From: Candidatus Altimarinota bacterium
GTDB lineage: Bacteria; Patescibacteriota; Gracilibacteria; JBDHUY01
Length of the DNA stretch: 30,683 bases
Assembly (NCBI GenBank): GCA_039809385.1
Contig: JBDHUY010000018.1
Location: forward strand, 1 to 30,683
Direction of reading: 5' to 3'
Shown here: piece after piece, positions 9,759-19,178 of the stretch
Position numbering within the stretch: position 1 is the stretch's first letter
How the letters are laid out: each line of letters opens with the position of its first letter
Notes under the pieces: generated by a model
The model's database searches: none
Told to the model about the DNA's origin: nothing
Seen by the model: only the letters and a program-made list of their open reading frames with translations
Translations under genes and position numbers: made by a program

Positions 9759-10136
9759 TTATGCTTGTAGATGAGCGCTCATCTCGGGAAATCGTTCTAT
9801 CAGCTTCGATTTTGTCATTCCGGCTTCCTGACTGGCCTTGATCACTTGCGTTGCTAACAAAGGATTCGCTTTAATCAGCGCAGGAAAGATCTCTTTGATC
9901 TCCTGCTCGAACGAGATCTGCGCAGTACCTTCCTCATAGATCAGAAAATCTTTGAACACCGGATACACTTCTCCCAACCCGGCCATGATCACTTCGCTTT
10001 CCAGCTCGTTTTCGGCCTCTTTCAGCATACTCACCGTTATATAGAGCTCGTCCGTGGAAAGGCGATTATTCTGTAACGCGGTAACGAGGAGATCTCTGAG
10101 TTTTTTCGGTAAATAGACCTGTGCGGTAGTTTCCAT
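9759..10136 (-). CDS. hypothetical acidic protein (125 aa)
   Basis: ORF preceded by an extended -10 (TGgTATAAT on the - strand at 10165-10173). Confidence 0.75.
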   Translation of the reverse strand: METTAQVYLPKKLRDLLVTALQNNRLSTDELYITVSMLKEAENELESEVIMAGLGEVYPVFKDFLIYEEGTAQISFEQEIKEIFPALIKANPLLATQVIKASQEAGMTKSKLIERFPEMSAHLQA

Positions 10137-10211
10137 GATCCGGTTGATAAACTAAAATCTTTTTATTATACCAGAAAAAAGCGCTTTTGTGCAAAAAACT
10201 CTTCTAAACGA

Positions 10212-11303
10212 CTACCCCCGTACCCATCGTCCTCCCCCCAGATTTCTGGCCAGCCGGCGTATTTCGAGCACCGTCAGAATCGCATTCACGCGGGCCGCAT
10301 CCAGCTTGCTTTTCCGGATAACCTGATCTGCTTCCTGGGCCTCGCTCCCCAGAGCGAGATAGACGGTTTCCTGCTCATTGGTTTCGAACCGTAGGATTGG
10401 CTTGGTATCCTGCACGAGGGCAGTATTCGGCTCTATCCCCAGTTCTCTCAGAATATCGCTTCCCGCAGTTATCAGCGAAGCTTCGCCGCTGCGGATCAGA
10501 TTATGGACGCCTTGACTATTGGGAGAAAACAAGTTACCGGGAACGGCAAATACTTCCCGGTTTTGCTCCAACGCCAGCTGCGCGGTGATCAGCGATCCCG
10601 ACTTTTCTTTGGCTTCCACGATGACCACCCCCCTTGAAAGGCCGCTGATGATCCGATTGCGAATCGGAAAGCTATACGGCGTTGGTTTCATATTGGGCGG
10701 AAACTCTGAGATCAGATTCCCGTCTTTCTCCGCGATCTCTTCGGCCAGTCGGCGATTATTGGTCGGAAAGATCTGATCGATCCCCGAACCCAGTACCGAA
10801 ACCGTATGTCCGTTCAAATCCAGCGTGGTACGATGCGTATACGCGTCGACGCCCATCGCCAGACCGCTTACGATAGTTAGCCGGGCGCCTACCAACTCCG
10901 GTAACAGGTGCTGAATGACTTGTTTCCCGTAGGAAGACATGAGCCGGGTTCCTACGATTCCCAGGCAGATATGCCGAAGGTTCTCCGGATTCCCGCGAAT
11001 ATACAGCAGGGGCGGGGGATCGGCTATCTCTTTGAGCAACGTCGGATACTCTGATTCTTCTTTGAGTACCACATGAACCTGCTTTTTTTGCAAATTGAGC
11101 CACTCCTGCTCCGGATCTATCTTTGTTTTTTCTCGAACGAAGCATTCGGCTATGTCGCTCTCCATGCCCCACGCTACCAGTTCGCTCTGCCCGGCTTTTT
11201 CCCAGGCATAGCGCAGATCTTTGTCACAACCCCGCAGAATTTTGAAAAAACGGGCGTTGGTAAATTTAGACAGGAGATGGAAGGCAACATAGTACTGTTT
11301 CAT
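10212..11303 (-). CDS. dprA: DNA-protecting protein DprA
   Basis: YPTLLKEIADPPPLLYIRG, GIVGTR, IVSGLAMGVD, FPIRNRIISGLS, VEAKEKSGSLITA, REVFAVPG. Confidence 0.97.
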   Translation of the reverse strand: MKQYYVAFHLLSKFTNARFFKILRGCDKDLRYAWEKAGQSELVAWGMESDIAECFVREKTKIDPEQEWLNLQKKQVHVVLKEESEYPTLLKEIADPPPLLYIRGNPENLRHICLGIVGTRLMSSYGKQVIQHLLPELVGARLTIVSGLAMGVDAYTHRTTLDLNGHTVSVLGSGIDQIFPTNNRRLAEEIAEKDGNLISEFPPNMKPTPYSFPIRNRIISGLSRGVVIVEAKEKSGSLITAQLALEQNREVFAVPGNLFSPNSQGVHNLIRSGEASLITAGSDILRELGIEPNTALVQDTKPILRFETNEQETVYLALGSEAQEADQVIRKSKLDAARVNAILTVLEIRRLARNLGGGRWVRG

Positions 11304-11451
11304 GTGTATGGTTTTTTAGTATCTTCCGGCAGCTTACAGAGAAGAGGATTAAAAAAATATAAAATCTCGTTAAAATACTACTTTATTTGTTGTGTAGTGA
11401 TCATTTTCAAAATACAATAAAAATGTTCCTCCTTTTTAAACAGTTCAGGTT

Positions 11452-11709
11452 ATGCATCTTTTTTTACAGCGCTATATTGAGCGATACTTAAGGAAAGCCG
11501 AGTATGAATATGATCCAGAGACGCAAAGCTGGCTTGGTTCGATCAATCAGCTTCCTGGTGTGTACGCACAGGCGGATAGCGTTGAGGAATTGCGTACCAA
11601 GTTAGTTGAGGTTATTGAGGATTATGTATATGTTTCTCTGCACGAGGGACACTTGTTGCCAAACTTTAAGCGGTTGTCAAAAATGAGCTATGCCAAAGCC
11701 GATCAGTAG
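11452..11709 (+). CDS. hicB: HicB-family antitoxin (short, partial RNase H fold only)
   Basis: WLGSINQLPGVYAQADSVEELRTKLVEVIEDY...LP motif; overlaps hicA. Confidence 0.85.
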   Translation: MHLFLQRYIERYLRKAEYEYDPETQSWLGSINQLPGVYAQADSVEELRTKLVEVIEDYVYVSLHEGHLLPNFKRLSKMSYAKADQ

Positions 11710-11902
11710 GACCGATCTTATTAAAAGACTCAAAAAACTAGGCTTCTCGGGCCCATTTATGGCTACACGCCATCAGTATATGCTGAAAGGAACTCATAAG
11801 ATATTTATTCCCAATCCTCATGGAAAAGATATAGGAGCTCCTCTCTTATCAAAAATCTTACGTCAAATTGATATCTCATTTCGCCAATGGGAGCAACTTT
11901 GA
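11690..11902 (+). CDS. hicA: HicA-family mRNA interferase toxin
   Basis: LIKRLKKLGF, RHQYM, IPNPHGKDIGAPLLSKILRQIDI. Confidence 0.88.
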   Translation: MPKPISRTDLIKRLKKLGFSGPFMATRHQYMLKGTHKIFIPNPHGKDIGAPLLSKILRQIDISFRQWEQL

Positions 11903-11921
11903 AATAGGCAGGAATCTCTTG

Positions 11922-11949
11922 TTGCATTTTTGCCTCATTCCCTTACACT
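11922..11949 (+). promoter_or_regulatory. putative gatCA promoter (TTGCAT-16-TACACT)
   Basis: Hexamers at 11922-27 and 11944-49, upstream of the gatC ATG at 11987. Confidence 0.5.
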
Positions 11950-11986
11950 AAAAGGCGTATACTTATGTTTTTCTTTAGAATGCTCT

Positions 11987-12271
11987 ATGCATATCGATAT
12001 CGACAAAATTGCCTCTCTGGCTAAATTACGGCTCTCTGCCGATGAAAAAAATAAACTTTCCGGCGATCTGGAAAATATTCTCGGCCATTTTGACGCACTT
12101 CAGGAAGTTGATACATCGGGGGTCGTCCCCACCTCGCAGGTCACCGGCCTCATGGATGTGAACCGCAATGACGCAGTGGGGAACGGAATATTGCAACAGC
12201 AGCACCAGGAGCTGATATCTTCGTCGCCGCACGCCCGCGGGAAGTTGATCGAATTGCCACCGGTGTTTTAG
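11987..12271 (+). CDS. gatC: Asp/Glu-tRNA amidotransferase subunit C
   Basis: IDKIASLAKLRL, ILGHFDALQEVDTSGVVPT; directly upstream of gatA. Confidence 0.92.
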   Translation: MHIDIDKIASLAKLRLSADEKNKLSGDLENILGHFDALQEVDTSGVVPTSQVTGLMDVNRNDAVGNGILQQQHQELISSSPHARGKLIELPPVF

Positions 12272-12276
12272 TAGTG

Positions 12277-12499
12277 AAAAATGTAAAATGAAAAATGCAA
12301 AATTATAAAAACCAAGGAAAATATTATGTATTAACGTAGGAAGTATCTGGTATCTGGGAATAAATTTCTAACAATTTCTACTAAAATTTCCAGAAGTTTC
12401 TATCCATCATTTCAGAATAAAAAACAATTCATAATTCAGCATTTATCATTCATCATTTGTTCTCCTTTTTTGAATTTTGCATTTTTAATTTTGAACTTT
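12277..12499. repeat. heptamer-periodic inverted repeat arms bracketing the gatC-gatA spacer
   Basis: aaaaatgcaaaatt (12291-12304) is the exact reverse complement of 12473-12486, within longer imperfect arms. Confidence 0.8.
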
Positions 12500-12505
12500 C
12501 TCCCC

Positions 12506-13966
12506 ATGTCCCTCACCGATCTGACCCTGCTGGAGGCCAAACAAAAGCTTAAGAGCCGCGAAGTTACCAGTGTCGAACTGACAAAAAGCTGTTTCGACCA
12601 AATTCGTAAACTCGATTCGCAGGTTAAAGCTTTTATAACGCTCAATGAAGAAGCTGCATTACAAAGAGCTGCCGAGATTGATGCTGCGGGAGCCTACGAT
12701 ACACCTCTGGCTGGTATTCCGATCGCGGCAAAAGACCTTATCTGTACCAAAAATCTGCGTACCACCGCCGCATCCAAAATTCTGGAGAATTTCGTGCCGA
12801 CCTATAATGCGACCGTGATCGAACGTTTGAACCAAGCCGGCGCTGTTTTGATCGGAAAAACCAACTTGGACGAATTTGCCATGGGCAGCTCTACGGAAAA
12901 TTCGGCTTTTTTCCCGACCAGCAATCCGTGGGATCTTACTCGTGTACCGGGTGGTTCGTCGGGAGGTAGCGCCGCTGCGGTGGCTGCCCGAATGTGTTTC
13001 GCGGCTCTGGGAACCGACACGGGGGGAAGTATCCGGCAGCCGGCTTCTCTCTGCGGTGTTACCGGAATCAAACCCAGCTACGGACGAGTCAGCCGTTTCG
13101 GTGTCATGGCGATGGCTTCAAGTCTCGATCAGGTCGGTGTCCTGGCCCGCAACCCCATGGATACCGCGCTGGTTATGTCGGTGATCGCTGGTCATGATCC
13201 GCTCGATTCTACCACTCTGCCAGCCGAAGTTCCGACCTATCACGAGGAGGCGCAGAGCGATCTCTCCGGTATGCGGATCGGCGTTCCCAAAGAATATTTC
13301 GAAGCCGGAGGTATGGCCCCGGAAGATCAGCAAGTCATTCAAACAGCCTTGGAAACAATAAAAAAGCTCGGTGGGGAACTGATCGATATTTCTTTGCCCC
13401 ACACCAAATATGCGCTACCAGTTTATTATTTGCTGATGGCGTCGGAGGTTTCGGCGAATCTGGCCCGTTATGACGGTGTCCGTTTCGGCCTGAGTCCCTC
13501 GGAGGATCAAATCCGTCAATTGGACGACATTTATCTTTTATCCCGCTCCGCAGGATTTGGTGCCGAACCCAAGCGTCGGATCATGCTCGGAACATTTGCT
13601 CTTTCGGCCGGATATCAGAATAAATATTATCTGCAGGCGCAGAAAGTGCGTACGTTAATCAAACGTGATTTTGAACAGGCGTATGAGAGGGTTGACGCGA
13701 TCGTCACGCCGACTTCTCCAACGACCGCTTGGGAAAAGGGTGAAAAGGTTAATGACCCTTTCAAAATGTACTTGTCAGATATTTATACGATTCCGGCAAA
13801 TCTGGCTGGTATTTGCGGCCTGGTAGTTCCGGTCGGGTTGTCTCATTCCTTACCGGGCGGGTTGCAAATCCTCGGTCCTCAACTGGGCGAACAGGTTGTT
13901 TTCAACGTCGGCGAAGCTATATCCCGCGAAATTTCTTTTCAGGAAAAACCCGCTATTTTAGGCTAA
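12506..13966 (+). CDS. gatA: Asp/Glu-tRNA amidotransferase subunit A
   Basis: Amidase signature GKTNLDEFAMGSSTENS, PGGSSGGSAAAVA, GTDTGGSIRQPA; SANLARYDGVRFG; MYLSDIYT. Confidence 0.98.
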   Translation: MSLTDLTLLEAKQKLKSREVTSVELTKSCFDQIRKLDSQVKAFITLNEEAALQRAAEIDAAGAYDTPLAGIPIAAKDLICTKNLRTTAASKILENFVPTYNATVIERLNQAGAVLIGKTNLDEFAMGSSTENSAFFPTSNPWDLTRVPGGSSGGSAAAVAARMCFAALGTDTGGSIRQPASLCGVTGIKPSYGRVSRFGVMAMASSLDQVGVLARNPMDTALVMSVIAGHDPLDSTTLPAEVPTYHEEAQSDLSGMRIGVPKEYFEAGGMAPEDQQVIQTALETIKKLGGELIDISLPHTKYALPVYYLLMASEVSANLARYDGVRFGLSPSEDQIRQLDDIYLLSRSAGFGAEPKRRIMLGTFALSAGYQNKYYLQAQKVRTLIKRDFEQAYERVDAIVTPTSPTTAWEKGEKVNDPFKMYLSDIYTIPANLAGICGLVVPVGLSHSLPGGLQILGPQLGEQVVFNVGEAISREISFQEKPAILG

Positions 13967-14291
13967 TTTCCAGGTCGTACACGGCACAATATGCATTATC
14001 GGCTTCTAAATACCAAATGCCAAAGGAAACTCCAATATCAAAGTTCAAAACTCTACTATTGATGAAATTTATAGAAATTGGTTGTTTGTGGTCTATTTTT
14101 TGATCCGTCGCTGATTGAACTTTCAGTTTATTTTCGCATTTGATGTATGTCATGGCACGTCATAGCGACTGCTGCGACGGCATAGCATGATTGGGATTTT
14201 TAGTTTATTTTGAAATTTGGGCTTTGAACTTTGGATTTCTCTTAGTATAGTAGTGTCGCATTACATACACTCAATTTACCGTTTTTCTTTT

Positions 14292-14729
14292 ATGTTCGAT
14301 CCGATCCGTTTTCTTACCCCCGGTTATCTTTTTTCCCCCAATCCCAGCCACGATTTCGATTCGTACTGGCTGCTGCTGACATTGTTCGGTCTTATTCTGG
14401 CTGCCGGTCTGGTCATTTTTATCGCGCTGCGGGTCCGCAAATATAACCCGCCGTTGAAACGATTATTGCGGCCTCTCCCGGCGCATCTGGTAATTTTTGC
14501 GCTTATCGGCACGTTTCTAGTGCTTTTTCGTTTAAGCGAAGCTTATTATTTGTCAATGCGCTTCTGGCTGCTGGTTTGGGGGGGCGTGTTTGTATGGTAT
14601 CTGATCATGTTTTCGCGCAAAGTCCGCGCATATCCAGCCGAACTTCAAACCTATTTGCAGAAGAACGAGGAAAAACGGTATGTTGTACCAACCAAAGCCA
14701 AATCAAAGTCAAAAAAAACGAAGAAGTAG
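14292..14729 (+). CDS. hypothetical membrane protein (3 TM, basic tail)
   Basis: Three hydrophobic segments; promoter TTGAAC-16-TATAGT at 14224-14251 favours ATG 14292. Confidence 0.75.
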   Translation: MFDPIRFLTPGYLFSPNPSHDFDSYWLLLTLFGLILAAGLVIFIALRVRKYNPPLKRLLRPLPAHLVIFALIGTFLVLFRLSEAYYLSMRFWLLVWGGVFVWYLIMFSRKVRAYPAELQTYLQKNEEKRYVVPTKAKSKSKKTKK

Positions 14730-14944
14730 GGAGGCGGGGCAAGGGCTGACAGCTAGCAGCGAACAGCCGACAGCCAAAAAAACGAGAGTCGGGAGATCGG
14801 AGTGAGGAGTGGGAATAGTAGACTATCAGCTTGTAGCAGAATGCAGTCACTCTGACTCTGAGCGTATCGAAGAGGAAGCGTCTCGCACACACTTTACGCA
14901 ACCAGATACTTCATACCTAATACTTCATACTAACCACTGTCCCT

Positions 14945-15259
14945 ATGAAAAGCACCCTTCATGGCTTTCTCGAATTTGTCAGGCAACAAGGCGTGGTCGG
15001 GCTGGCGGTCGGGTTTATTTTAGGTGGTGCGGTCTCCAAAGTAGTCTCCTCGGTGGTCAACGATTTGATCAATCCGGTTTTGGGGTTGGTTTTGGGGTCT
15101 GCCGGGACTCTTTCTAACGTCAACCTTACCTTGGGAAATTCAGTCATCCGTATCGGCAGTTTCCTTGCAACAGCTCTTGATTTTATTGTTATCGCGCTCG
15201 TGGTCTATTTTGGGGTCAAATGGTTAAAACTTGACCAGTTGGATAAGAAGAAGGAATAG
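14945..15259 (+). CDS. mscL: large-conductance mechanosensitive channel
   Basis: FLEF..QQGVVGLAVGFILGGAVSKVVSSVVNDLINP; IGSFL...DFIVIA. Confidence 0.93.
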   Translation: MKSTLHGFLEFVRQQGVVGLAVGFILGGAVSKVVSSVVNDLINPVLGLVLGSAGTLSNVNLTLGNSVIRIGSFLATALDFIVIALVVYFGVKWLKLDQLDKKKE

Positions 15260-15361
15260 GGCACAGAGAATAGAGCATCTAGCATTTAGAACGGTTCTTC
15301 TGGAGACACTATCTTTAGGATTCCTGTTAGAACCCCGCTGAAAAGTAGCTTTTGTGTCCAC

Positions 15362-15387
15362 GTCATGCCCCGCCCCGGCGGGGCATC
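15362..15387. repeat. REP-like GC-rich palindrome
   Basis: gtc-atgccccgcc-cc-ggcggggcat between convergent mscL and pyrG. Confidence 0.6.
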
Positions 15388-15644
15388 CGTACTCGCACGA
15401 AGCTTATTTATGGAACTCAATGAAGAGTAACTTCCTGGAGGGATTTATTACAAGCTATTATAACGGAAACTACTCTCGTTTCCCTGAACCAACCGTACCC
15501 GGATCCGCCGCGGATGACGGATAATATTATGTATTGAACACTTTTCAGATACTCTCTTAGCAGATATGCAAATCTTCTCCCGAGGAAAAAAAAGCTTCCA
15601 GATATTGCTTGGCAACGTCAAATCTACAGAAATCAGCGCGGACA

Positions 15645-17273
15645 TTACTTTTTGGTAGGCATTTTCTCGCGTTCAATCGCCGCTTCCAGTACGGCTTTGA
15701 AAAGCGGGTGCGGACGATGCGATCGCGCTGTAAATTCGGGATGAAACTGTGTTCCCAGCATAAAGGGATGTTGCTTTATTTCTACGATCTCCATCAGCTC
15801 GCGGCTGGGTGATGTCCCGGAAAAGAGCATACCGGCTTTTTCCAGTAGCGATTTATAAGCGTTGTTAAATTCGTAGCGATGCCGATGCCGTTCCCACACA
15901 ACTGTCTTTTTGTACGCTCGGTAGGCATGCGAATCTTTGCTGATTCTACATTCCTGAGCACCCAATCGAAGCGTACCGCCCTTGGAGCGGCCCTCGTGCT
16001 GGTCGGGCATGAAATGCACAATCAGATTTTTGGCGCTCGGATCGAATTCCTCCGAGGTCGCATCTTTGATTTTGAGTACATTCCGCGCAAATTCGATCGT
16101 CATGATCTGGGCGCCCAGGCACAATCCCAAATACGGAATTTTCTGCTCACGGGCATAGCGGGCTACCTGAATTTTTCCTTCCACGCCGCGTTTTCCGAAT
16201 CCGCCGGGAACGACAATCGCTTGGCATTGTTTCAGCCGCTTCCATTCTTCTTTATCGCCCTCTTCTATCTTTTCGGTATCGATCCAGTGCAGTACCGGTC
16301 GCCGGTGCAGATAATAACAGGCGGTTTTGATCGCGCGGGTTACGCTTAAATACGCATCTTCGAGCGAGGTGTACTTGCCGGCCAACGCGATGTCCAGCGG
16401 CGGCTTTTCGGTATTGATGAGTTGTACCAGTTTTTTCCAGGGTTTGAGATCCGGTTTTTTGTTCTTCCAGTCAAAGTGTTTGCTGATAATTTCGCCGATA
16501 TGTGCTTTTTCGAAATTGATGGGCACTTCGTAGATGGTTTTGACATTCGGCGCCGGAATCACCGCTTCGGGCAGAACATCGCAATACATGGCTATTTTTT
16601 CGATATGTTCCCGTTCGATTCTACCTTCGGTTCGTGCCACGATAATATCGGGCTGGATGCCGACGCTGCGCAGCAGCATGACCGATTGCTGGGTGGGCTT
16701 TGTTTTTAGTTCTCCGGTTACTTCCATGTAGGGCAAGTATGAAACGTGCACAAACATAACATTCTGCGCCCCTTCTTCCCGGCGCATCTGGCGGGCTGCT
16801 TCCAGAAAATGAGTCCCTTCCATATCGCCGACGGTTCCGCCTACTTCGATGATCATGACGTCGCATTTGCTTTGGGCCGCGCCTTCGCGGATCTTTTCTT
16901 TTACCATATCCGTGATGTGGGGAATCACCTGGATATCCCGTCCCAGATAGTCGCCTTTGCGTTCCCTCTGGATCACATCGTAGTAGATCATGCCCGAGGT
17001 GACGAATGAATAACGGTTCAAGGACTCGTCGATAAAGCGCTCGTAGTGGCCCAAATCCAGATCGGTCTCGGTTCCATCGTCCAGCACAAATACTTCGCCG
17101 TGGCGGAATGGGTTCATAGTACCGGCGTCTATGTTTAAATAACGTTCCAGTTTTTGCATGAACACCTTATACCCTGCCGCTTTCAGGATCGCTCCGATCG
17201 AGGATGCTGTGATCCCTTTTCCGATGCCGGAGAGGACTCCGCCGGTTACAAAGATGTATTTGGTTTGGTGCAT
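15645..17273 (-). CDS. pyrG: CTP synthase
   Basis: KYIFVTGGVLSGIGKG, HGEVFVLDDGTETDLDLGHYERF, KTKPTQ, VPGGFG, GLCLG, RHRHRYE, QFHPEF; start at MHQTKYIF. Confidence 0.98.
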   Translation of the reverse strand: MHQTKYIFVTGGVLSGIGKGITASSIGAILKAAGYKVFMQKLERYLNIDAGTMNPFRHGEVFVLDDGTETDLDLGHYERFIDESLNRYSFVTSGMIYYDVIQRERKGDYLGRDIQVIPHITDMVKEKIREGAAQSKCDVMIIEVGGTVGDMEGTHFLEAARQMRREEGAQNVMFVHVSYLPYMEVTGELKTKPTQQSVMLLRSVGIQPDIIVARTEGRIEREHIEKIAMYCDVLPEAVIPAPNVKTIYEVPINFEKAHIGEIISKHFDWKNKKPDLKPWKKLVQLINTEKPPLDIALAGKYTSLEDAYLSVTRAIKTACYYLHRRPVLHWIDTEKIEEGDKEEWKRLKQCQAIVVPGGFGKRGVEGKIQVARYAREQKIPYLGLCLGAQIMTIEFARNVLKIKDATSEEFDPSAKNLIVHFMPDQHEGRSKGGTLRLGAQECRISKDSHAYRAYKKTVVWERHRHRYEFNNAYKSLLEKAGMLFSGTSPSRELMEIVEIKQHPFMLGTQFHPEFTARSHRPHPLFKAVLEAAIEREKMPTKK

Positions 17274-17404
17274 GGAGAGAGAGGAGTTGGGAGATCGGAG
17301 TCCGGAGTAGGGAGAAATTTCCACTTGATTATAGGCATCCCCGGGACGGGAGTAAAGACAAGTAACGGTATAAATTATGAAGGATGAATTATTAATTATA
17401 AGCA

Positions 17405-17635
17405 GTAGCGGCAGACCCGTGTGTCTGCCCAGGATAAGAACGGTCCTTAGTTTCCCAAGGCTACGGAGGGCAGGCAGTCGTTAGGTACCATGAGAGAAAT
17501 CGAGATTTGTGGTCTTTGTAATAGCTACCCCTGATAAGGCCTGTACTGAGTCGATGGGCTGGCTAGCAATACTGGCTTGTTCCCCCTGATAAGCGCGTTA
17601 GGGGGTTCAGGTTGGCACAGACACTCGGGTCTGCC
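17405..17635. repeat. inverted pair of REP-like palindromes (GTAG-headed)
   Basis: gtagcggcagacccgtgtgtctgccc (17405-30); 17618-35 is the reverse complement of 17410-27 at 17/18 nt. Confidence 0.7.
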
Positions 17636-17827
17636 TCGATTCGTATTAAACTCTTAGTCATCCTTATAAATGATCAATCATAAGTCATTCTGACAACGGA
17701 TCGGAGTTGTAAAAACTGGTAGTCTCGTTTTGCGCTTAGGGCAGGGGATAAGCGGCCATGGAAAAAAACTGACCTTTTTTTTCTATATCGGTACGGTATA
17801 CTGAAAGTGTTCTTATAACTCTTGTTT

Positions 17828-17902
17828 ATGAAATCAACCGTTGTGCCTTCAAAAACTGGCAGTATTGCTTCAGCGAACGGCTTGATTTCTACATTGCTCT
17901 AG
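17828..17902 (+). CDS. putative micropeptide MKSTVVPSKTGSIASANGLISTLL (24 aa)
   Basis: TATACT at 17797-802, U-rich start context (cttgtttATG), followed by a hairpin/T-tract and then the GNAT gene. Confidence 0.5.
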   Translation: MKSTVVPSKTGSIASANGLISTLL

Positions 17903-17914
17903 TCACAGTCTGCC

Positions 17915-17958
17915 AAGAAACGACTTTCTTTGAGAAAAATCGCTTCTTTTGTTTTTTT
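17915..17958 (+). terminator. imperfect hairpin plus T-tract between the peptide and the GNAT gene
   Basis: aagaaacgactttct-ttg-agaaaaatcgcttctt followed by ttgttttttt. Confidence 0.45.
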
Positions 17959-18000
17959 CAAAAAAAATACAAATACCAAATGAGCTGTTAACTCCTATGT

Positions 18001-18960
18001 ATGGGTAGTTCTCTGCGGTTTGAAGCGGTTCGAGATCTCGGGGTGGCCGAGAAACTCTGGAAGTATCTATCCCCGGCCCAGAGTTTGTACGACGATTGGG
18101 GCTTTCGGTTTACGTTTTATAAATATGATCCGGTTGAGATTTGTTTTGTGACGGCCTATGATGAGAATCATCCCGTAGGGTTATTGCCGTTGCAGAAAAA
18201 TAAAGAAGGTTTTTGGGAGTTTTTCGGCGGCGACTATATGGAGGATAACCTGCTGATGCTTTTGCCGGGAGTCCAGATCTCTTTGGAACGCTTTTTGGAA
18301 CATGTTCCGGCATTGCCGGTACGTCTGGAGTGGATGCGTTCTTTCTCTGCTCAAAGCGTTTTTCCTATCGTTCAGGATTATAAATATGTGCTGCCGTTGT
18401 CTTCGTATACGTCGGGGGGCGATTTTTTAGAAAAAGCGTTCGATCACGAGCATCGTTCGAAGATCAAACGGCGTATTAACCGTTTACAGGCCGAGCATCA
18501 AGTGGAGGTCTTCGAGAACCGTATGTCCGATCTGCCGCAGCTTTTCGAGCTGAATAAAAAACATTTCGGGGTGAATTCGAGTTTTTATCAACCGCATCGG
18601 GAGGATATTTTCCGCGAGCTTGCGGCTATTTTTTCGCTTTCTATGATCAGTATCGAGGTGGATGGTTCTTTGGAGGCGGTCTCGTTCTCGATTCTGTACC
18701 GGGGGCGGTATGTGGGGATGAACGGCGGAGTGAATACCGATATCGATTATTTGTCGAAGCTGTTGATGCTGAAGAAGCTGGATCAGGCGATTGCGGCGGG
18801 GGCAACGTTGTACGATGCGCAGCGGGGGGATTACGGATGGAAGAAGCAGTTTATGTTCAACGAAGTTCCGTTGTACAAACATCATGCGACCGTCCCTACG
18901 GTGTCGCGTTTTTACGGTTTTCGTCCCAGAACCGCTGGTGAAATGGCTGTATCTTCATAA
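18001..18960 (+). CDS. GNAT-superfamily protein (Acetyltransf_6/FemAB-like double-GNAT)
   Basis: VGLLPL, RSKIKRRINRL, LEAVSFSILY, LSKLLMLKKLDQAIAAGATLYD..RGDYGWK. Confidence 0.8.
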   Translation: MGSSLRFEAVRDLGVAEKLWKYLSPAQSLYDDWGFRFTFYKYDPVEICFVTAYDENHPVGLLPLQKNKEGFWEFFGGDYMEDNLLMLLPGVQISLERFLEHVPALPVRLEWMRSFSAQSVFPIVQDYKYVLPLSSYTSGGDFLEKAFDHEHRSKIKRRINRLQAEHQVEVFENRMSDLPQLFELNKKHFGVNSSFYQPHREDIFRELAAIFSLSMISIEVDGSLEAVSFSILYRGRYVGMNGGVNTDIDYLSKLLMLKKLDQAIAAGATLYDAQRGDYGWKKQFMFNEVPLYKHHATVPTVSRFYGFRPRTAGEMAVSS

Positions 18961-19013
18961 AAAGCGCTTTGTAATAAAAATCACATGAACTCTCTGGATT
19001 TTCACTTTTTCAA

Positions 19014-19022
19014 TGGTATAAT
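19014..19022 (+). promoter_or_regulatory. extended -10 promoter TGgTATAAT
   Basis: Perfect TGnTATAAT ~35 nt upstream of ATG 19057. Confidence 0.65.
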
Positions 19023-19056
19023 GTATACGTTCCTTTACTTTTTTACCCATTTTTTT

Positions 19057-19104
19057 ATGGTTAGAGGAGAAGGTTGCAAAACCGGAGATGAGAAAAGCCA
19101 TTAA
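19057..19104 (+). CDS. putative micropeptide MVRGEGCKTGDEKSH (15 aa)
   Basis: First ATG well downstream of the extended -10 promoter, U-rich context (ttttttATG), purine-rich coding-like sequence, followed by a perfect palindrome. Confidence 0.5.
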   Translation: MVRGEGCKTGDEKSH

Positions 19105-19117
19105 TCTTGGCTGCTAA

Positions 19118-19153
19118 AGGAAACAGACGTATTGTACAATACGTCTGTTTCCT
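19118..19153. repeat. perfect 36-bp palindrome
   Basis: aggaaacagacgtattgt|acaatacgtctgtttcct. Confidence 0.9.
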
Positions 19154-19178
19154 AAATATTTTAATTTCATAGATTTAT

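Noticed and set aside
15420-15645. Small ORFs downstream of pyrG (65 aa on -, 34 aa on +)
   Set aside because: No motif, promoter or other support
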